A program made the position numbers and the translations under genes. The notes below the pieces were generated by a model that did not search any database, was not told the DNA's origin, and saw nothing but the letters and a program-made list of their open reading frames with translations. A stretch of 64,000 nucleotides of DNA, from positions 62,001 to 126,000 of the IMG/VR virus record IMGVR_UViG_3300029286_000009. The stretch is one strand, 5' to 3'. Below, piece by piece: positions 10,228 to 22,407 of the stretch (positions are counted from its first letter, which is position 1; each line of letters opens with the position of its first letter).

Positions 10228-11059
10228 AATAAAAGCGACGATAAAGTATATTGATGGGAAAAAGAAATATTACTATCCTAGTAAACTAAAACAACGTAAA
10301 GAGTCCGGCCTTTGTATTAGATGCGGGCATTTGCTAGAGGCAAATAATGAATATTTTGTTTGTTTAAAATGTCGTATAAAGCATAAAGAATTTTTAACTT
10401 CTTTGAAAAAAGGGTGTTTTGACAAATATGGTAGTGTATGCCAGAGTTGTGGTGAAGCAAGACTGGAATTTTTATGTATAGATCATATAAATAACGAGGG
10501 TGTGCAACATAGAAAGACATTCAATAATAACGGGTGTGGTGAACATCTTTATAGGTGGCTGAAGAAAAATAATTATCCAGAAGGGTTCCAGGTGCTGTGT
10601 CACAACTGCAATTTGTATAAAAGTAAATGTAATTCTAAAAAAACAGTAGATGTGAATTTAAAAGAGGAGCAGAGATGTTGCAACATTTGCAGAGAACTAA
10701 AAGGCATTTCTAATTTCTATAGAAGGTCAAAACGAAATGATTTAATGCTAAAGTGTAAATTGTGTTTTAATAAACAGATAAGTGGCAATGCCAAAAAATT
10801 AAAGCGGGAGGTACTCAATAATTATAATGGCCCTAAATGTGTCTGTTGTGGTGAAACCAATATTAATTTTTTAACTATTGACCACATCAAGGGCAAAGGA
10901 AATGAGCATAGAAAAATGGTCAATGATCCAAAAGGAAGTAAATTATACAGGTGGTTAAAAAAGAATCATTTTCCTGAAGGATTCAGAGTTTTGTGTATGA
11001 ATTGCAATTTTGCACTCGGACACTTTGGGCATTGTCCACACCAATTAAATAATGTCTAA
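10214..11059 (+). CDS. HNH-type endonuclease with two tandem Cys-rich HNH-like repeats
   Basis: Two copies of CxxCGE...L[CT]IDHI...LYRWLKKN..PEGF.VLCxNCN. Confidence 0.8.
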   Translation: MQEIKIKATIKYIDGKKKYYYPSKLKQRKESGLCIRCGHLLEANNEYFVCLKCRIKHKEFLTSLKKGCFDKYGSVCQSCGEARLEFLCIDHINNEGVQHRKTFNNNGCGEHLYRWLKKNNYPEGFQVLCHNCNLYKSKCNSKKTVDVNLKEEQRCCNICRELKGISNFYRRSKRNDLMLKCKLCFNKQISGNAKKLKREVLNNYNGPKCVCCGETNINFLTIDHIKGKGNEHRKMVNDPKGSKLYRWLKKNHFPEGFRVLCMNCNFALGHFGHCPHQLNNV

Positions 11060-11861
11060 TAATATGAAATTTTTAAAATGGGCAGGCTCCAAATTTAAAC
11101 TAACTGATTTATTATTAGAAAATATACCTAATAATTATGATCGGTACATTGAACCATTTGTAGGCAGTGGTGCATTATTATTTGCACTTTGTCCTACAAA
11201 AGCAATTGTGTCTGACCTTAATTGTCACCTGATTAACACATATGATGTTATCAAAAACAAGCTAGAAGAATTACTTTTAATAATGCCCCTTATGCGGAAT
11301 GAGAAAGAATACTTTTACGAGACGAGAGAAAAGAATTTGTCTTTGCTGTCTGCCCCAGAACAAGCCGCAAGATTTATTTACTTAAATAAAACTTGTTTTA
11401 ATGGATTGTACAGGGAAAACGCAAGCGGTAAATTTAATGTTCCATACGGATTCTATAAAAGCCCAAAGATTTATGATGAAAATGTTTTGGGGAATGTATC
11501 AAGATATTTGAATCAAGCCATTGTAGAGATTTACTGCCAAGACTATAAAAAAACATTATTGTGTACTAATAAAAATGATTTTATTTACATAGATAGCCCA
11601 TATCACAGTGTTTCTAAAACGTCTTTTACAAAATACACAAAGAAAGATTTCAAAGAACAAGATCAACGAGAGCTAGCTGAGGAATTTAAGAGACTAAACG
11701 ACTTAGGATGCTTTGTAATGTTATCAAATGCGAATACAAGTTTAATACGAGAGTTATACAAAGATTTTTGTCAGATTGAATTGGTTGTTAACAGAGTAAT
11801 TAACTCAAAAGGTGATTGCCGGAAAGGCACAGGGCAAGAACTACTAATCAAAAATTATTAG
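11052..11861 (+). CDS. dam: Dam-family N6-adenine DNA methyltransferase
   Basis: KWAGSK, EPFVGSG, YLNKTCFNGLYREN, motif IV DSPY, SN, ELLIKNY. Confidence 0.88.
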   Translation: MSNNMKFLKWAGSKFKLTDLLLENIPNNYDRYIEPFVGSGALLFALCPTKAIVSDLNCHLINTYDVIKNKLEELLLIMPLMRNEKEYFYETREKNLSLLSAPEQAARFIYLNKTCFNGLYRENASGKFNVPYGFYKSPKIYDENVLGNVSRYLNQAIVEIYCQDYKKTLLCTNKNDFIYIDSPYHSVSKTSFTKYTKKDFKEQDQRELAEEFKRLNDLGCFVMLSNANTSLIRELYKDFCQIELVVNRVINSKGDCRKGTGQELLIKNY

Positions 11862-11875
11862 AGGGTAAAGGAGTA

Positions 11876-12346
11876 ATGAAACAATTACAAGGTCAGACTG
11901 CCAATGAGCACGGGAAGAAGCACGAGAATATTATTGAACAATTGTGTAGTGACGCAGGGTGTGTTGTGATTACTTACAAAGAATGGATAAAACAACATGA
12001 CCACTATGGGGATAATATACTAATAAAAAATAAGCCTTATCAAACAATCTATGGTAAAAATGGTAGGATGGAATTCTATTTGTTGTCTAAGCAACTTAGG
12101 TTTAGGGGGCGGATTGAGTGTAGATTTCAGAAGGTTAAAGGTTCAGTTGATGAGAAGTTTCCTTACTTATACCACAATTGTATGTCTGAAACTCACCCTA
12201 AAAGAACACTTCTTATTTGGGAAGGTGGGGGACTACGTGAGGGGTCAATCACATGGCTAAAAGAAGCTGGGCAGGCTATGCCCGATGGACGTAGGATAGA
12301 CGTGTTGCATACGTCTGAATTTAAAAGGTGGATAAGAAGGAACTAA
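11876..12346 (+). CDS. PD-(D/E)XK nuclease, putative restriction endonuclease partner of Dam-like MTase
   Basis: IECRFQKVKGSVDEKFPYL motif; follows the MTase; GGAG RBS before ATG 11876. Confidence 0.6.
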   Translation: MKQLQGQTANEHGKKHENIIEQLCSDAGCVVITYKEWIKQHDHYGDNILIKNKPYQTIYGKNGRMEFYLLSKQLRFRGRIECRFQKVKGSVDEKFPYLYHNCMSETHPKRTLLIWEGGGLREGSITWLKEAGQAMPDGRRIDVLHTSEFKRWIRRN

Positions 12347-12532
12347 TAATGGAAGTTACTAAAATATTTGAAATTACCTTTGATGAATCTAATCCCCTAT
12401 ACTGGCTTTGTGCAGATAGTCTGAAAATAGTCTTAGAATTCCATTGCACTAATACTAATTCAATATTAGAGAGTTAGCTTGTTATCCTAAATATATAGAG
12501 GAATACGAACCGGAAGCTGAGGGAGAGATTTT

Positions 12533-12805
12533 GTGAGGGATAATTATACAACAGACTGGTATGACCACATGATGATAGTGGTGGGGTTTCTTATGTCTAT
12601 AACCCCGCTACCCCACATTCTAACAATGATCGATGTATAGAGTTCCCTTGGGCAATCTCCTTGGGCTCCCGCGGGGCTATCAATAGGATTATTTCTATGG
12701 ATAATTTATGGCATACGTCATAAGTTGCTACCTCTCCTTATTTCTAATTCTATGTGTCTGTTATTTAACCTAATTTATTTAGTCACAATTTTTTATTATG
12801 CTTAA
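12533..12805 (+). pseudogene. SemiSWEET/PQ-loop-like 3-TM protein interrupted by in-frame TAG (12638-12640)
   Basis: Manual translation MRDNY...ITPLPHILTMIDV*SSLGQSPW...GLFLWIIYG...LLISNSMCLLFNLIYLVTIFYYA; absent from the ORF track. Confidence 0.6.
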
Positions 12806-12810
12806 GATAT

Positions 12811-12824
12811 TTTTGGGTACTATA
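12811..12824 (+). promoter_or_regulatory. repeated intergenic motif TTTTGGGTACTATA (candidate promoter), copy 1
   Basis: Identical 14-mer at 14871-14884; contains a -10-like TACTAT; upstream of ligA. Confidence 0.45.
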
Positions 12825-12861
12825 TTTGTAGTGTAACCAAAAAATCTATTGAGGACATTAG

Positions 12862-14865
<2,004 letters not shown>

Positions 14866-14870
14866 GGCAC

Positions 14871-14884
14871 TTTTGGGTACTATA
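14871..14884 (+). promoter_or_regulatory. repeated intergenic motif TTTTGGGTACTATA (candidate promoter), copy 2
   Basis: Identical to 12811-12824; upstream of the ORF at 14908. Confidence 0.45.
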
Positions 14885-14907
14885 CTTATTGTAGAGGGAA
14901 CAGAAAT

Positions 14908-15471
14908 TTGTTACAACTAAGAATTAGTGGAGATGATTACGAACTATGTGTCAAAGCGGCTGCTAATATGGCGTGTAGTCGTAAACCGGGAGGAATCTTT
15001 GAACGGGGCTGTATCAATACCCCGAGTGATAAATTTAAAGTAGAGCGGATAGGTAGACTAGGAGAGGTCGCTCTCGCGAGATACCTCAGAGTTAAACCTG
15101 ATTTAGAATATCATAAAGATGGAGATAAAGAGGACTTCATTTACCGGGGATTATCTGTTGATATTAAAACTGCCAGTTATAATTCGGGAAGAGGATTAAT
15201 ACGAGCCATTACACAGTGGGGTCGTTACGTGCCACTAAATGCAGATGTTTACATATTTGCTTATTTGAATAAAGAATCCCGTGTAGAGCAAACTGCTGAT
15301 TTGGTTTATGTTGGTTTTCTCTACCAAAACGAGGTGCTACGAGAGCCAGTACCTGCACGCATAGGTAAACATTGGAATTTTGAGGTTAATCATAGCGAAT
15401 TGAGACCGATAGAGGAACTTGTGCATGAGGAGTTGTTTAAGATTTCCGGGCGGAAAAACGCGTGCTGTTAA
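14908..15471 (+). CDS. putative PD-(D/E)XK-fold nuclease
   Basis: GRLGE...D...VDIKT pattern; adjacent to an adenine MTase. Confidence 0.5.
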   Translation: MLQLRISGDDYELCVKAAANMACSRKPGGIFERGCINTPSDKFKVERIGRLGEVALARYLRVKPDLEYHKDGDKEDFIYRGLSVDIKTASYNSGRGLIRAITQWGRYVPLNADVYIFAYLNKESRVEQTADLVYVGFLYQNEVLREPVPARIGKHWNFEVNHSELRPIEELVHEELFKISGRKNACC

Positions 15472-16231
15472 ATACTTAAAAGATTTTATACCTAAAGGTA
15501 CAAAAGAATTAGTGTCGCCGTTTCTTGGCGGGGGTTCTTTTGAACTATATTGTGCCTCCGAATTGGGAATACGGGTTTATGCAGCAGATATATTTATACC
15601 TCTGGTTTATTTCTGGAATCACTTGCTATATGATACGAGTGAATTAAAGCGGCGTGTCTCTTCATACTTGCCCTTGGTAACTAAAGAGAAGTATACATTA
15701 ATGCAGAATAAGTTACAGAGCCTGGAGAACACAATAGATATTGCCACCCACTTTTTTGTGTTGAATCGGTGTAGTTTTAGCGGCAATATAGCGGGCGGGT
15801 TTACTCCTTATGGAATTAGCAAAACAGGTAGAAATCCCAGGTTTAACTCTACTATAGTAGACAGGCTAGATATGTATGTGTCTATAAATGAGAGATTCTA
15901 CGTTGAGTTAAGCAGTTTTGAAGACACATTGAATAAGTATGAGAGTAAAATATTTACATATCTTGATCCGCCTTATATAATTAAAGATAAAATATATGGG
16001 GCTAAGCAAGACCGATTACACATGATTAACCATACGAAGCTCAGAGATATATTGAAACGAAGAAAAGGCCCTTGGCTTTTGTCTTATAACAACTGTGATA
16101 AAGTTAAAGAGTTGTATGAGGGATTTAGTATTATAGAAGATATAGAATGGCGTTACGGGATGAGTAAAGACAAGACTTCAAAAGAATTACTCATCTTAAG
16201 CCCAAAACTAGAAAAACTTTTGAAAAGGTGA
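15425..16231 (+). CDS. D12-class N6-adenine DNA methyltransferase
   Basis: RFPGGKTR, SPFLGGGS, LNRCSFSG, YLDPPY, LSYN, ELLI. Confidence 0.9.
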   Translation: MRSCLRFPGGKTRAVKYLKDFIPKGTKELVSPFLGGGSFELYCASELGIRVYAADIFIPLVYFWNHLLYDTSELKRRVSSYLPLVTKEKYTLMQNKLQSLENTIDIATHFFVLNRCSFSGNIAGGFTPYGISKTGRNPRFNSTIVDRLDMYVSINERFYVELSSFEDTLNKYESKIFTYLDPPYIIKDKIYGAKQDRLHMINHTKLRDILKRRKGPWLLSYNNCDKVKELYEGFSIIEDIEWRYGMSKDKTSKELLILSPKLEKLLKR

Positions 16232-16770
16232 GGAAAGAAATGGAATTTTGGAAAGCAGAACAAGCAGTAATTGACGAAGCGAATGAACTCATTGGAAAAT
16301 TTCACCCAGAAATAGCCACAGCTGCTATTGCGTTCGTCTTTAAAGATACTGCTACAGCAGCGGAAGTTGAGTCGGGGCAGGTATGTCAGGCTAAGCGTAT
16401 CACCGGACTAAACAAAACCCTCTCAGAGGGGGATGTGGATTTTGCTATTGTTGTTGCGGCAGACATCTGGAGTGAACTTTCTCCGGTACAACAGACAGCT
16501 ATGTTAGACAGTGCACTAACGAGTTGCACAATTAAAGTAGATGAAAATGGAGATCAGAAAATTGATAAAGCAGGTAAGCCTGTGTGGGCGATTAAACCGC
16601 ACGATATCGTGGCTCACGCTTCTATTATTCAGCGTTACGGATTGGAAGTGTTGCGGGATGCGGGTGACTCTATAAGGTCTTTTGTTGACCAGCCTGCTCC
16701 GAAAGTGACTGACGATTCAGATTATGATGATGTAGAGGAAGCCCCTAAGAAGAAAAGGGAGAAGAAATAG
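16228..16770 (+). CDS. phage metallopeptidase-like domain protein lacking HExxH
   Basis: DFAIVVAADIWSELS..QQTAMLD-SALTS-C and KPHDI follow the phage metallopeptidase pattern, but SALTS sits where HELxH is expected. Confidence 0.6.
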   Translation: MRKEMEFWKAEQAVIDEANELIGKFHPEIATAAIAFVFKDTATAAEVESGQVCQAKRITGLNKTLSEGDVDFAIVVAADIWSELSPVQQTAMLDSALTSCTIKVDENGDQKIDKAGKPVWAIKPHDIVAHASIIQRYGLEVLRDAGDSIRSFVDQPAPKVTDDSDYDDVEEAPKKKREKK

Positions 16771-16830
16771 TGTGTAGTTCTGAGTGACGCGAGACGATGG
16801 TCTTAGCACGACTAAAAGAGGGAAATTGAA

Positions 16831-17745
16831 TTGAAAATAGTGTCTAGATTTGACGAAAAGTCTGATGTAATTTTATTTAATGGGGAGGCGTTAGACCTAT
16901 TAAAAAAAGTTCCCGACTCTTTTGTTCAATTAGTTGTGGCTTCTCCTCCCTATAATATCGGAAAGTCTTATGAGATACAGACTTCTTTGTCGGATTATTT
17001 AGATAGTATGTTACCGGTAATAAAAGAGATTAACCGGGTATTAAATGATACAGGAAGTGTTTGCTGGCAGGTGGGAAATTATGTTAACTCGGGGGAAAAG
17101 TTTCCTTTAGATATATTTTTTTATCCACTTTTTAAGAATGAGGGGATGCGTTTACGCAACCGTATAATTTGGCATTTTGAACACGGGTTGCACGCGTCTA
17201 AACGCTTGTCGGATCGGTATGAAACAATTTTATGGTTTACTAAATCTGATAATTATACGTTTAATCTAGACCCAATACGTGTGCCAGCGAAGTACCCTGG
17301 AAAAACTATATTCAAAAAAGATAGTCCTAACTACGGAAAACCTTCAGGAAACCCTTTAGGTAAAAATCCATCGGATGTATGGGAAGTATTGTTGCAAGAT
17401 TGGGAAAAAGAGATTTGGAACATTCCTAATGTCAAAGCAAATCACCCCGAGAAAACTGATCACCCGTGTCAGTTTCCTATAGAATTAGTGCAGCGTTGTA
17501 TTTTGGCACTTACTAACGAGTTTGATTGGGTTTTGGATCCTTTTGGGGGGGTTGGTTCTTCTGTATTGGCAGCTGTTTTGTTAAACAGAAGGGGGATGCT
17601 GTCGGATAGAGAGGGTAGGTATATTGATATCGCAAAACAGAGAGTCCGCGATTTAATAAATGGAGATTTAAAGATAAGACCAATCAATAAAAAAATATGT
17701 AAACCTTCTGGAAAGGTTTCCAAAATACCTGAGGAGTGGTTATGA
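16831..17745 (+). CDS. N4-cytosine/N6-adenine DNA methyltransferase (beta class, BglII-like)
   Basis: SPPYNIGK, HPCQFP, VLDPFGGVGS. Confidence 0.9.
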   Translation: MKIVSRFDEKSDVILFNGEALDLLKKVPDSFVQLVVASPPYNIGKSYEIQTSLSDYLDSMLPVIKEINRVLNDTGSVCWQVGNYVNSGEKFPLDIFFYPLFKNEGMRLRNRIIWHFEHGLHASKRLSDRYETILWFTKSDNYTFNLDPIRVPAKYPGKTIFKKDSPNYGKPSGNPLGKNPSDVWEVLLQDWEKEIWNIPNVKANHPEKTDHPCQFPIELVQRCILALTNEFDWVLDPFGGVGSSVLAAVLLNRRGMLSDREGRYIDIAKQRVRDLINGDLKIRPINKKICKPSGKVSKIPEEWL

Positions 17746-18278
17746 ATGTCAGGTACGATTATTATATAAATAATGCACAGTCGGTTTTAGAGAATAAGTA
17801 TCCCAAAGAATTGAAAGACACAATAAGTGTTATTAGTGGTATTAACAGTAGTGCATGTCGGGTTAAAGTATCTCAAGAAAAAGGACGAAAAGGGAAACTA
17901 CTTTATTCCCCCACACAATTAAATGGCTCATTCAAAAATATTTTATCAAATAGCGGGTGGCATCCTTATAAGATTAAAATATTTTCTCGATTAAAGGGTA
18001 ACATTCTATCGGGCGAACGAGAAATAGATTTTTTCAAAAATTCTGTTGGTACAGAGATACAATTTGGAAAGTATGCGTTTATGTTGAATGACATATTTGG
18101 TAAATTACAGTTGTTTTATGACCGTAATGTGATAGACGTTGGTATATGTATTGTGCCAACTGCACAGTTTGCCTTAAATATGTCAACGGGTGTATCAACT
18201 TTTGAATACCTCTATTCAACTTTGGAAAATATTAACATTTGTCCAAACCTTCCTATTGCTGTATTTGGTATAGAATGA
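17736..18278 (+). CDS. BglII/BstYI-family type II restriction endonuclease
   Basis: REIDFFKNSVGTEIQFGKY with D...ExQ active-site pattern; overlaps the MTase. Confidence 0.75.
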   Translation: MVMNVRYDYYINNAQSVLENKYPKELKDTISVISGINSSACRVKVSQEKGRKGKLLYSPTQLNGSFKNILSNSGWHPYKIKIFSRLKGNILSGEREIDFFKNSVGTEIQFGKYAFMLNDIFGKLQLFYDRNVIDVGICIVPTAQFALNMSTGVSTFEYLYSTLENINICPNLPIAVFGIE

Positions 18279-18285
18279 GGTACAG

Positions 18286-18945
18286 ATGCCAATATTTTTC
18301 ACAGAAGAAACAAGAAAACTAGATGCTCTAAGACAGAGGGTGATTGAGTGCCAAGAGTGTGAGTTTTATTTAACTCGTACTCAACCTGTTTTTGGCGAGG
18401 GTAGGATAGACGCGGCAGCAATGTCTGTCTCCGAAGCACCCGGTGCGGAAGAAGACGCTACCGGTCTTCCGTTTCAGGGGCGTGCTGGTAAATATTGGGA
18501 AGGGATGCTTACAACAGTAGGATTTAAACGTATAGATTTATATGTATGCAATGCTCTATGTTGCAGACCTCCCCAAAATGTAATACCAGATGATTATCAT
18601 AACATCTTTGCGTGTAACGCTAGACTATTGGCACAGATAGCAATTATTCAGCCTAAATTGATAATGGTGTTTGGTAAGGCAGCATCATTTGCACTGGGGT
18701 TATTGAAAAAATCAGATTCTTTGTCCTCTGTGGTTGGTAATCTTAGAACTAGAACGGGGGAGCCCTTCAAGTATGTAGATTTTAGAGGAAACGGAAGAAC
18801 AGCGGAGTTAGTTGTAACCTATCACCCATCATACTTAATGCGAGGGGGATTAGAACAACAGAAGGCAAGTTGGAAAGCTTATAATCATTTAAAGGAAGCA
18901 AAACAGCTACACGATGGCTTGGTTATATCCCCGAATTCAAAGTAG
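18286..18945 (+). CDS. uracil-DNA glycosylase family 4
   Basis: CQEC, VFGEG, EAPGAEED..G.PFQGRAG, CCRPP, TYHPS. Confidence 0.9.
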   Translation: MPIFFTEETRKLDALRQRVIECQECEFYLTRTQPVFGEGRIDAAAMSVSEAPGAEEDATGLPFQGRAGKYWEGMLTTVGFKRIDLYVCNALCCRPPQNVIPDDYHNIFACNARLLAQIAIIQPKLIMVFGKAASFALGLLKKSDSLSSVVGNLRTRTGEPFKYVDFRGNGRTAELVVTYHPSYLMRGGLEQQKASWKAYNHLKEAKQLHDGLVISPNSK

Positions 18946-19636
18946 AGAACCTCTTACCACAACAGAAATCTATGAGAATTTAGGTATGACTGAGGTTATA
19001 GGTGTGGCTATTGTGGGGAGGAATGCTATTGCTGGTCCTGTATGTGCGGCAGCAGTAACACTTCCTGTAGACGATCCGCTAAAGTTCTTACAACCAGTTA
19101 AGTCTACAAGCCGGGAGGATTTACGAAAGCTTTCTTCTTACATAAAGAATAAGGCACCTTTCATATCAATTGGATGGGGATCAATCGCTGAAATTTACAC
19201 TAATGGAGTAGACCGAGCGATATATATTGCTGTTTCGCATACGCTTAAATTTGTGTCCCAATTTGATCCCAAGGATTTTATAATACTAGATAGTTATAAA
19301 TTTCCCAGGTTGCCTAACAATGTATCGGCTGCAAAGACCCCGCTGTTGTCTATTGAGCGAGCACATGAGTTTATAGAGCCGGTTATAGCGGCACAGATTG
19401 TAGCAACTGTTGCTCGTAATGCAATGATGCTATCTTACTGCGAAGAATTTCCAGAATACGATTGGGAAAATAATTTGGGGTACGCAACCCCCATGCATAT
19501 TGAGGCAGTCCGAATGCACGGGTACACTAGTTGCCATCGCCCATTGGGTATGGTCAAGTCTTTGCGGGGAGAAAGGCTGTTTATGCACTATAAATTAAGG
19601 GAGAGGTTAGAGGATGTACGCATTCATAGTAGCTGA
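18914..19636 (+). CDS. RNase HII homolog with degenerate active site
   Basis: GVAIVGRNAIAGPVCAAAV versus canonical GVDEVGRGPLAGPV; YDWENNLGYATPMH..A...HG...HR. Confidence 0.8.
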   Translation: MAWLYPRIQSREPLTTTEIYENLGMTEVIGVAIVGRNAIAGPVCAAAVTLPVDDPLKFLQPVKSTSREDLRKLSSYIKNKAPFISIGWGSIAEIYTNGVDRAIYIAVSHTLKFVSQFDPKDFIILDSYKFPRLPNNVSAAKTPLLSIERAHEFIEPVIAAQIVATVARNAMMLSYCEEFPEYDWENNLGYATPMHIEAVRMHGYTSCHRPLGMVKSLRGERLFMHYKLRERLEDVRIHSS

Positions 19637-20669
19637 CGATATCGGGGAGAAACTCTGGCCCGTAACTAATTTACAATTTCCGAAAGCACTTTTTCCTGTG
19701 TACAGTGAAAACACATTATTAGAAGAAACTATCTTGAGACTAATATCTTTTGTAGAAAAAGGGGAAAATATATTTATATGTATTCCTGAGAAAGCACTTG
19801 ATACAGTAACCAAGCAAGGCACTTTAGAGGCTTTTAGTATTCCCGTGGGTAATGTGTGTGTGGTGCCAGAGAGCAAGGGTAGCTTATGGTCCATACTAAA
19901 AATGTGTCAAAAAATAAGTCGCAGAAAGAAGAAGGAACCAGTAATTGTTTCTCCAGTTGACCAATTTTTTTGGCCCCAAGAAGCACTTTTATATCATCTC
20001 AACAATATGGTATCTGGGTCTATTGCAAATCCAGAAGAAGTCATTGCTCTTTGCCTTCCCCCTGGCGGACCTTCGCCTTGGTTGAACTATTTACATGGAG
20101 ATTGGGAAGGCGTGGAGATGCCAAGTGCACCCACCGATTCAGTAGCAGGCTTATTGAGTACTCTTTTCATTGACATCCAAGATTGCCGGATTAAGCCAGA
20201 CTATGAAGCCGCTCAATCGTTAGCTACGAGTGACTGGTTGTGGGATTTAACAACTTACATGGCTTCGGTTAGTTTGATAGAGCAAAGCATAAAAAGACTT
20301 GGTGATTATTCTGAATTTACTGTAGCGAAAGACGTGAGTTTGGTATGGGAGCAACTACCAGCAGTCAACTTTGAGGACACTGTTATTCCTTATCTAATTG
20401 AGAGTGGACAAATAAAGGCAGCAGTTATTCCCAGGATATCTTGGTCAACTCTAGATAACTGGGTTTCTATACAACATTTACTGTATGATGCTGGACTTTT
20501 TAATTTGTCTCCTGTAGAAGAGATTCACCAAATAGAATCGCATAATAATCTTGTAATTAAACCAGTTGGAAAAGATGTGGCACTTTATGGGGTCTCGGAT
20601 CTAATTATAATCGACACTGGAAACAAACTTCTAATTGGTACACCGGAGGGATTGTATGAGAACTTCTGA
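19614..20669 (+). CDS. mannose-1-phosphate guanylyltransferase-like protein with degenerate GGxGxR motif
   Basis: IVADDIGEKLWP...FPKAL, TLLEETILRL, PVDQ, WSTLDNW, C-terminal VALYGVSDLIIIDT. Confidence 0.75.
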   Translation: MYAFIVADDIGEKLWPVTNLQFPKALFPVYSENTLLEETILRLISFVEKGENIFICIPEKALDTVTKQGTLEAFSIPVGNVCVVPESKGSLWSILKMCQKISRRKKKEPVIVSPVDQFFWPQEALLYHLNNMVSGSIANPEEVIALCLPPGGPSPWLNYLHGDWEGVEMPSAPTDSVAGLLSTLFIDIQDCRIKPDYEAAQSLATSDWLWDLTTYMASVSLIEQSIKRLGDYSEFTVAKDVSLVWEQLPAVNFEDTVIPYLIESGQIKAAVIPRISWSTLDNWVSIQHLLYDAGLFNLSPVEEIHQIESHNNLVIKPVGKDVALYGVSDLIIIDTGNKLLIGTPEGLYENF

Positions 20670-21297
20670 GTTTTTCCCCGTAGCTTTTGACATAGACGGC
20701 ATTGTGTTGGATACCCCCACATTGATATGGGATGTGGTAACGAAAGAATTGGGACTACCTTGGAAAATTGATAAGTGGGTAGATTATGATATAGGTAGTA
20801 TTATAGGGGTGCCTACTAGAGAACTAAGACCAATTTATGAAAAGGTATTGGTAAGAGATGATTTACCCGAGGTACCGGGGACATTTACAGCTTTAAATTA
20901 CCTGGCTCACTGCTATGCACAACCGTTGTTGTTTGTTACTTCAAGGAGAGCAGCGTTTAAAGATGCAGCTGTAGTTTCCATTCGCAGACAACTTGCTCGT
21001 GATGTAGATTTTTTAGTTGTGTGTACTGACGACACGTGTGAAGACGAATTTAGATCAGACAAGTTGGGCTACTTAAAACAGTATGCCGTTAGACTATTCG
21101 TGGAAGATAATTGGATGCATTGGGAACGATATATGGATAATGGGGTAGATATCGCAACCCTGAAATATCCTTGGACAACTGAACGTGCTAGACAGCTAAA
21201 TAAGAAGGGAAGACTTGTTTGCGTACTTGACGATTGGTGGTTGTTACAGCATTTTATAGTGGGTTTTGTGGGAGGTCTCAGATGGAAAAAAGGCTAA
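20656..21297 (+). CDS. HAD-superfamily 5'(3')-deoxyribonucleotidase-like protein
   Basis: FDIDGIVLD, VTSR, K, FVEDN. Confidence 0.8.
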   Translation: MRTSEFFPVAFDIDGIVLDTPTLIWDVVTKELGLPWKIDKWVDYDIGSIIGVPTRELRPIYEKVLVRDDLPEVPGTFTALNYLAHCYAQPLLFVTSRRAAFKDAAVVSIRRQLARDVDFLVVCTDDTCEDEFRSDKLGYLKQYAVRLFVEDNWMHWERYMDNGVDIATLKYPWTTERARQLNKKGRLVCVLDDWWLLQHFIVGFVGGLRWKKG

Positions 21298-21872
21298 TTA
21301 AACTAGCATTTTATGGTAAGATGGGCGCCGGCAAAACAACAGCGTCCTTAAAAATGTTGGAGTTACTTACAGAGAGGTTTGATGGCGAGAATTCAATTGG
21401 ATATATAATTACTTTTGCTCAACCCCTTAAGTATGCATTGTTAGCGATGCACAGAAACGCGAAGGGTTCAGCTGAAAGGGTCTTCATGCAACGGTTAGGC
21501 GACTTAGCTCGTCGAGAGTTTGGAGAAGATGTATTTGAAAAGATACTTCAGGAGAATGTAGACGGGCTTATAACTAACAAGCTTCCTACGATAAGCCAGC
21601 AAAATGTGTTAATAATGACAGATGACTTAAGATTTCGCGGGGAGTATAAGCTACTTAGAAATCTAGGTTTCTGTATTATTCAGATCGAAACCGATGATAA
21701 ATTCAGAAAACAACGGATTGGCGATGCTTTCACAAATACCCGCCACAGGTCTGAGACTGAACAAGAGGGGTTTGTACCAGATTTTGTTATCCAAAATAAT
21801 GGGAGTCAGTTAGAGTTTGAACAAGCCTTAAGACACTTGACTATTACAGAAAATTTATTTGGGTTGGAATAG
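21282..21872 (+). CDS. deoxynucleoside monophosphate kinase-like P-loop protein
   Basis: GKMGAGKTT, FAQPLK, DDLRFRGE, HRSE. Confidence 0.8.
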   Translation: MEKRLIKLAFYGKMGAGKTTASLKMLELLTERFDGENSIGYIITFAQPLKYALLAMHRNAKGSAERVFMQRLGDLARREFGEDVFEKILQENVDGLITNKLPTISQQNVLIMTDDLRFRGEYKLLRNLGFCIIQIETDDKFRKQRIGDAFTNTRHRSETEQEGFVPDFVIQNNGSQLEFEQALRHLTITENLFGLE

Positions 21873-22308
21873 GGGGTCTCGTATGGCGACATTGATAGAC
21901 TCAATAGATTACATAGCAGATAACTTGGTAGTTGCTCCGCAATCAGAGTGGCGTATCTTTGGAGAAGCTATCGCTAGAGTTACTAAAAAGGTTCCGAGAT
22001 ACTGTCCTCCCAATTGTGCAGAATATAAGATGGACTCAGACAAGTACTGTATAAGAGCTTATGAATGTAATTCTTATGTGTTTGATACACATTTAGTAAA
22101 AAGTGGAGAAAAACTGTATGAAGTATTATTCGCTTCTAACTTTTTTGATCCAAGCGAGGGGTTTATGTGGCGAGTGGGTGCAAACTACCTGGTTAGTATT
22201 TTAGGAGAAAAGCAAGTTAAGAGAATGTTAAAGCAGTATTATAGGATGAAGGAAGATTCTGAACAACAAGAGTTTATTATATCAATGGAGGTAAGCAACG
22301 ATGGTTAG
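21859..22308 (+). CDS. hypothetical protein
   Basis: ORF in operon. Confidence 0.55.
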   Translation: MGWNRGSRMATLIDSIDYIADNLVVAPQSEWRIFGEAIARVTKKVPRYCPPNCAEYKMDSDKYCIRAYECNSYVFDTHLVKSGEKLYEVLFASNFFDPSEGFMWRVGANYLVSILGEKQVKRMLKQYYRMKEDSEQQEFIISMEVSNDG

Positions 22309-22407
22309 ACGAAAGTATTTTCTTAGACCAATTGCTCATTGTCGCGGTGGCTGTTAGGTTCAGACCTGGGCACGTCTTTAAACTGCCTAATTTTATTATG
22401 AACAGGG

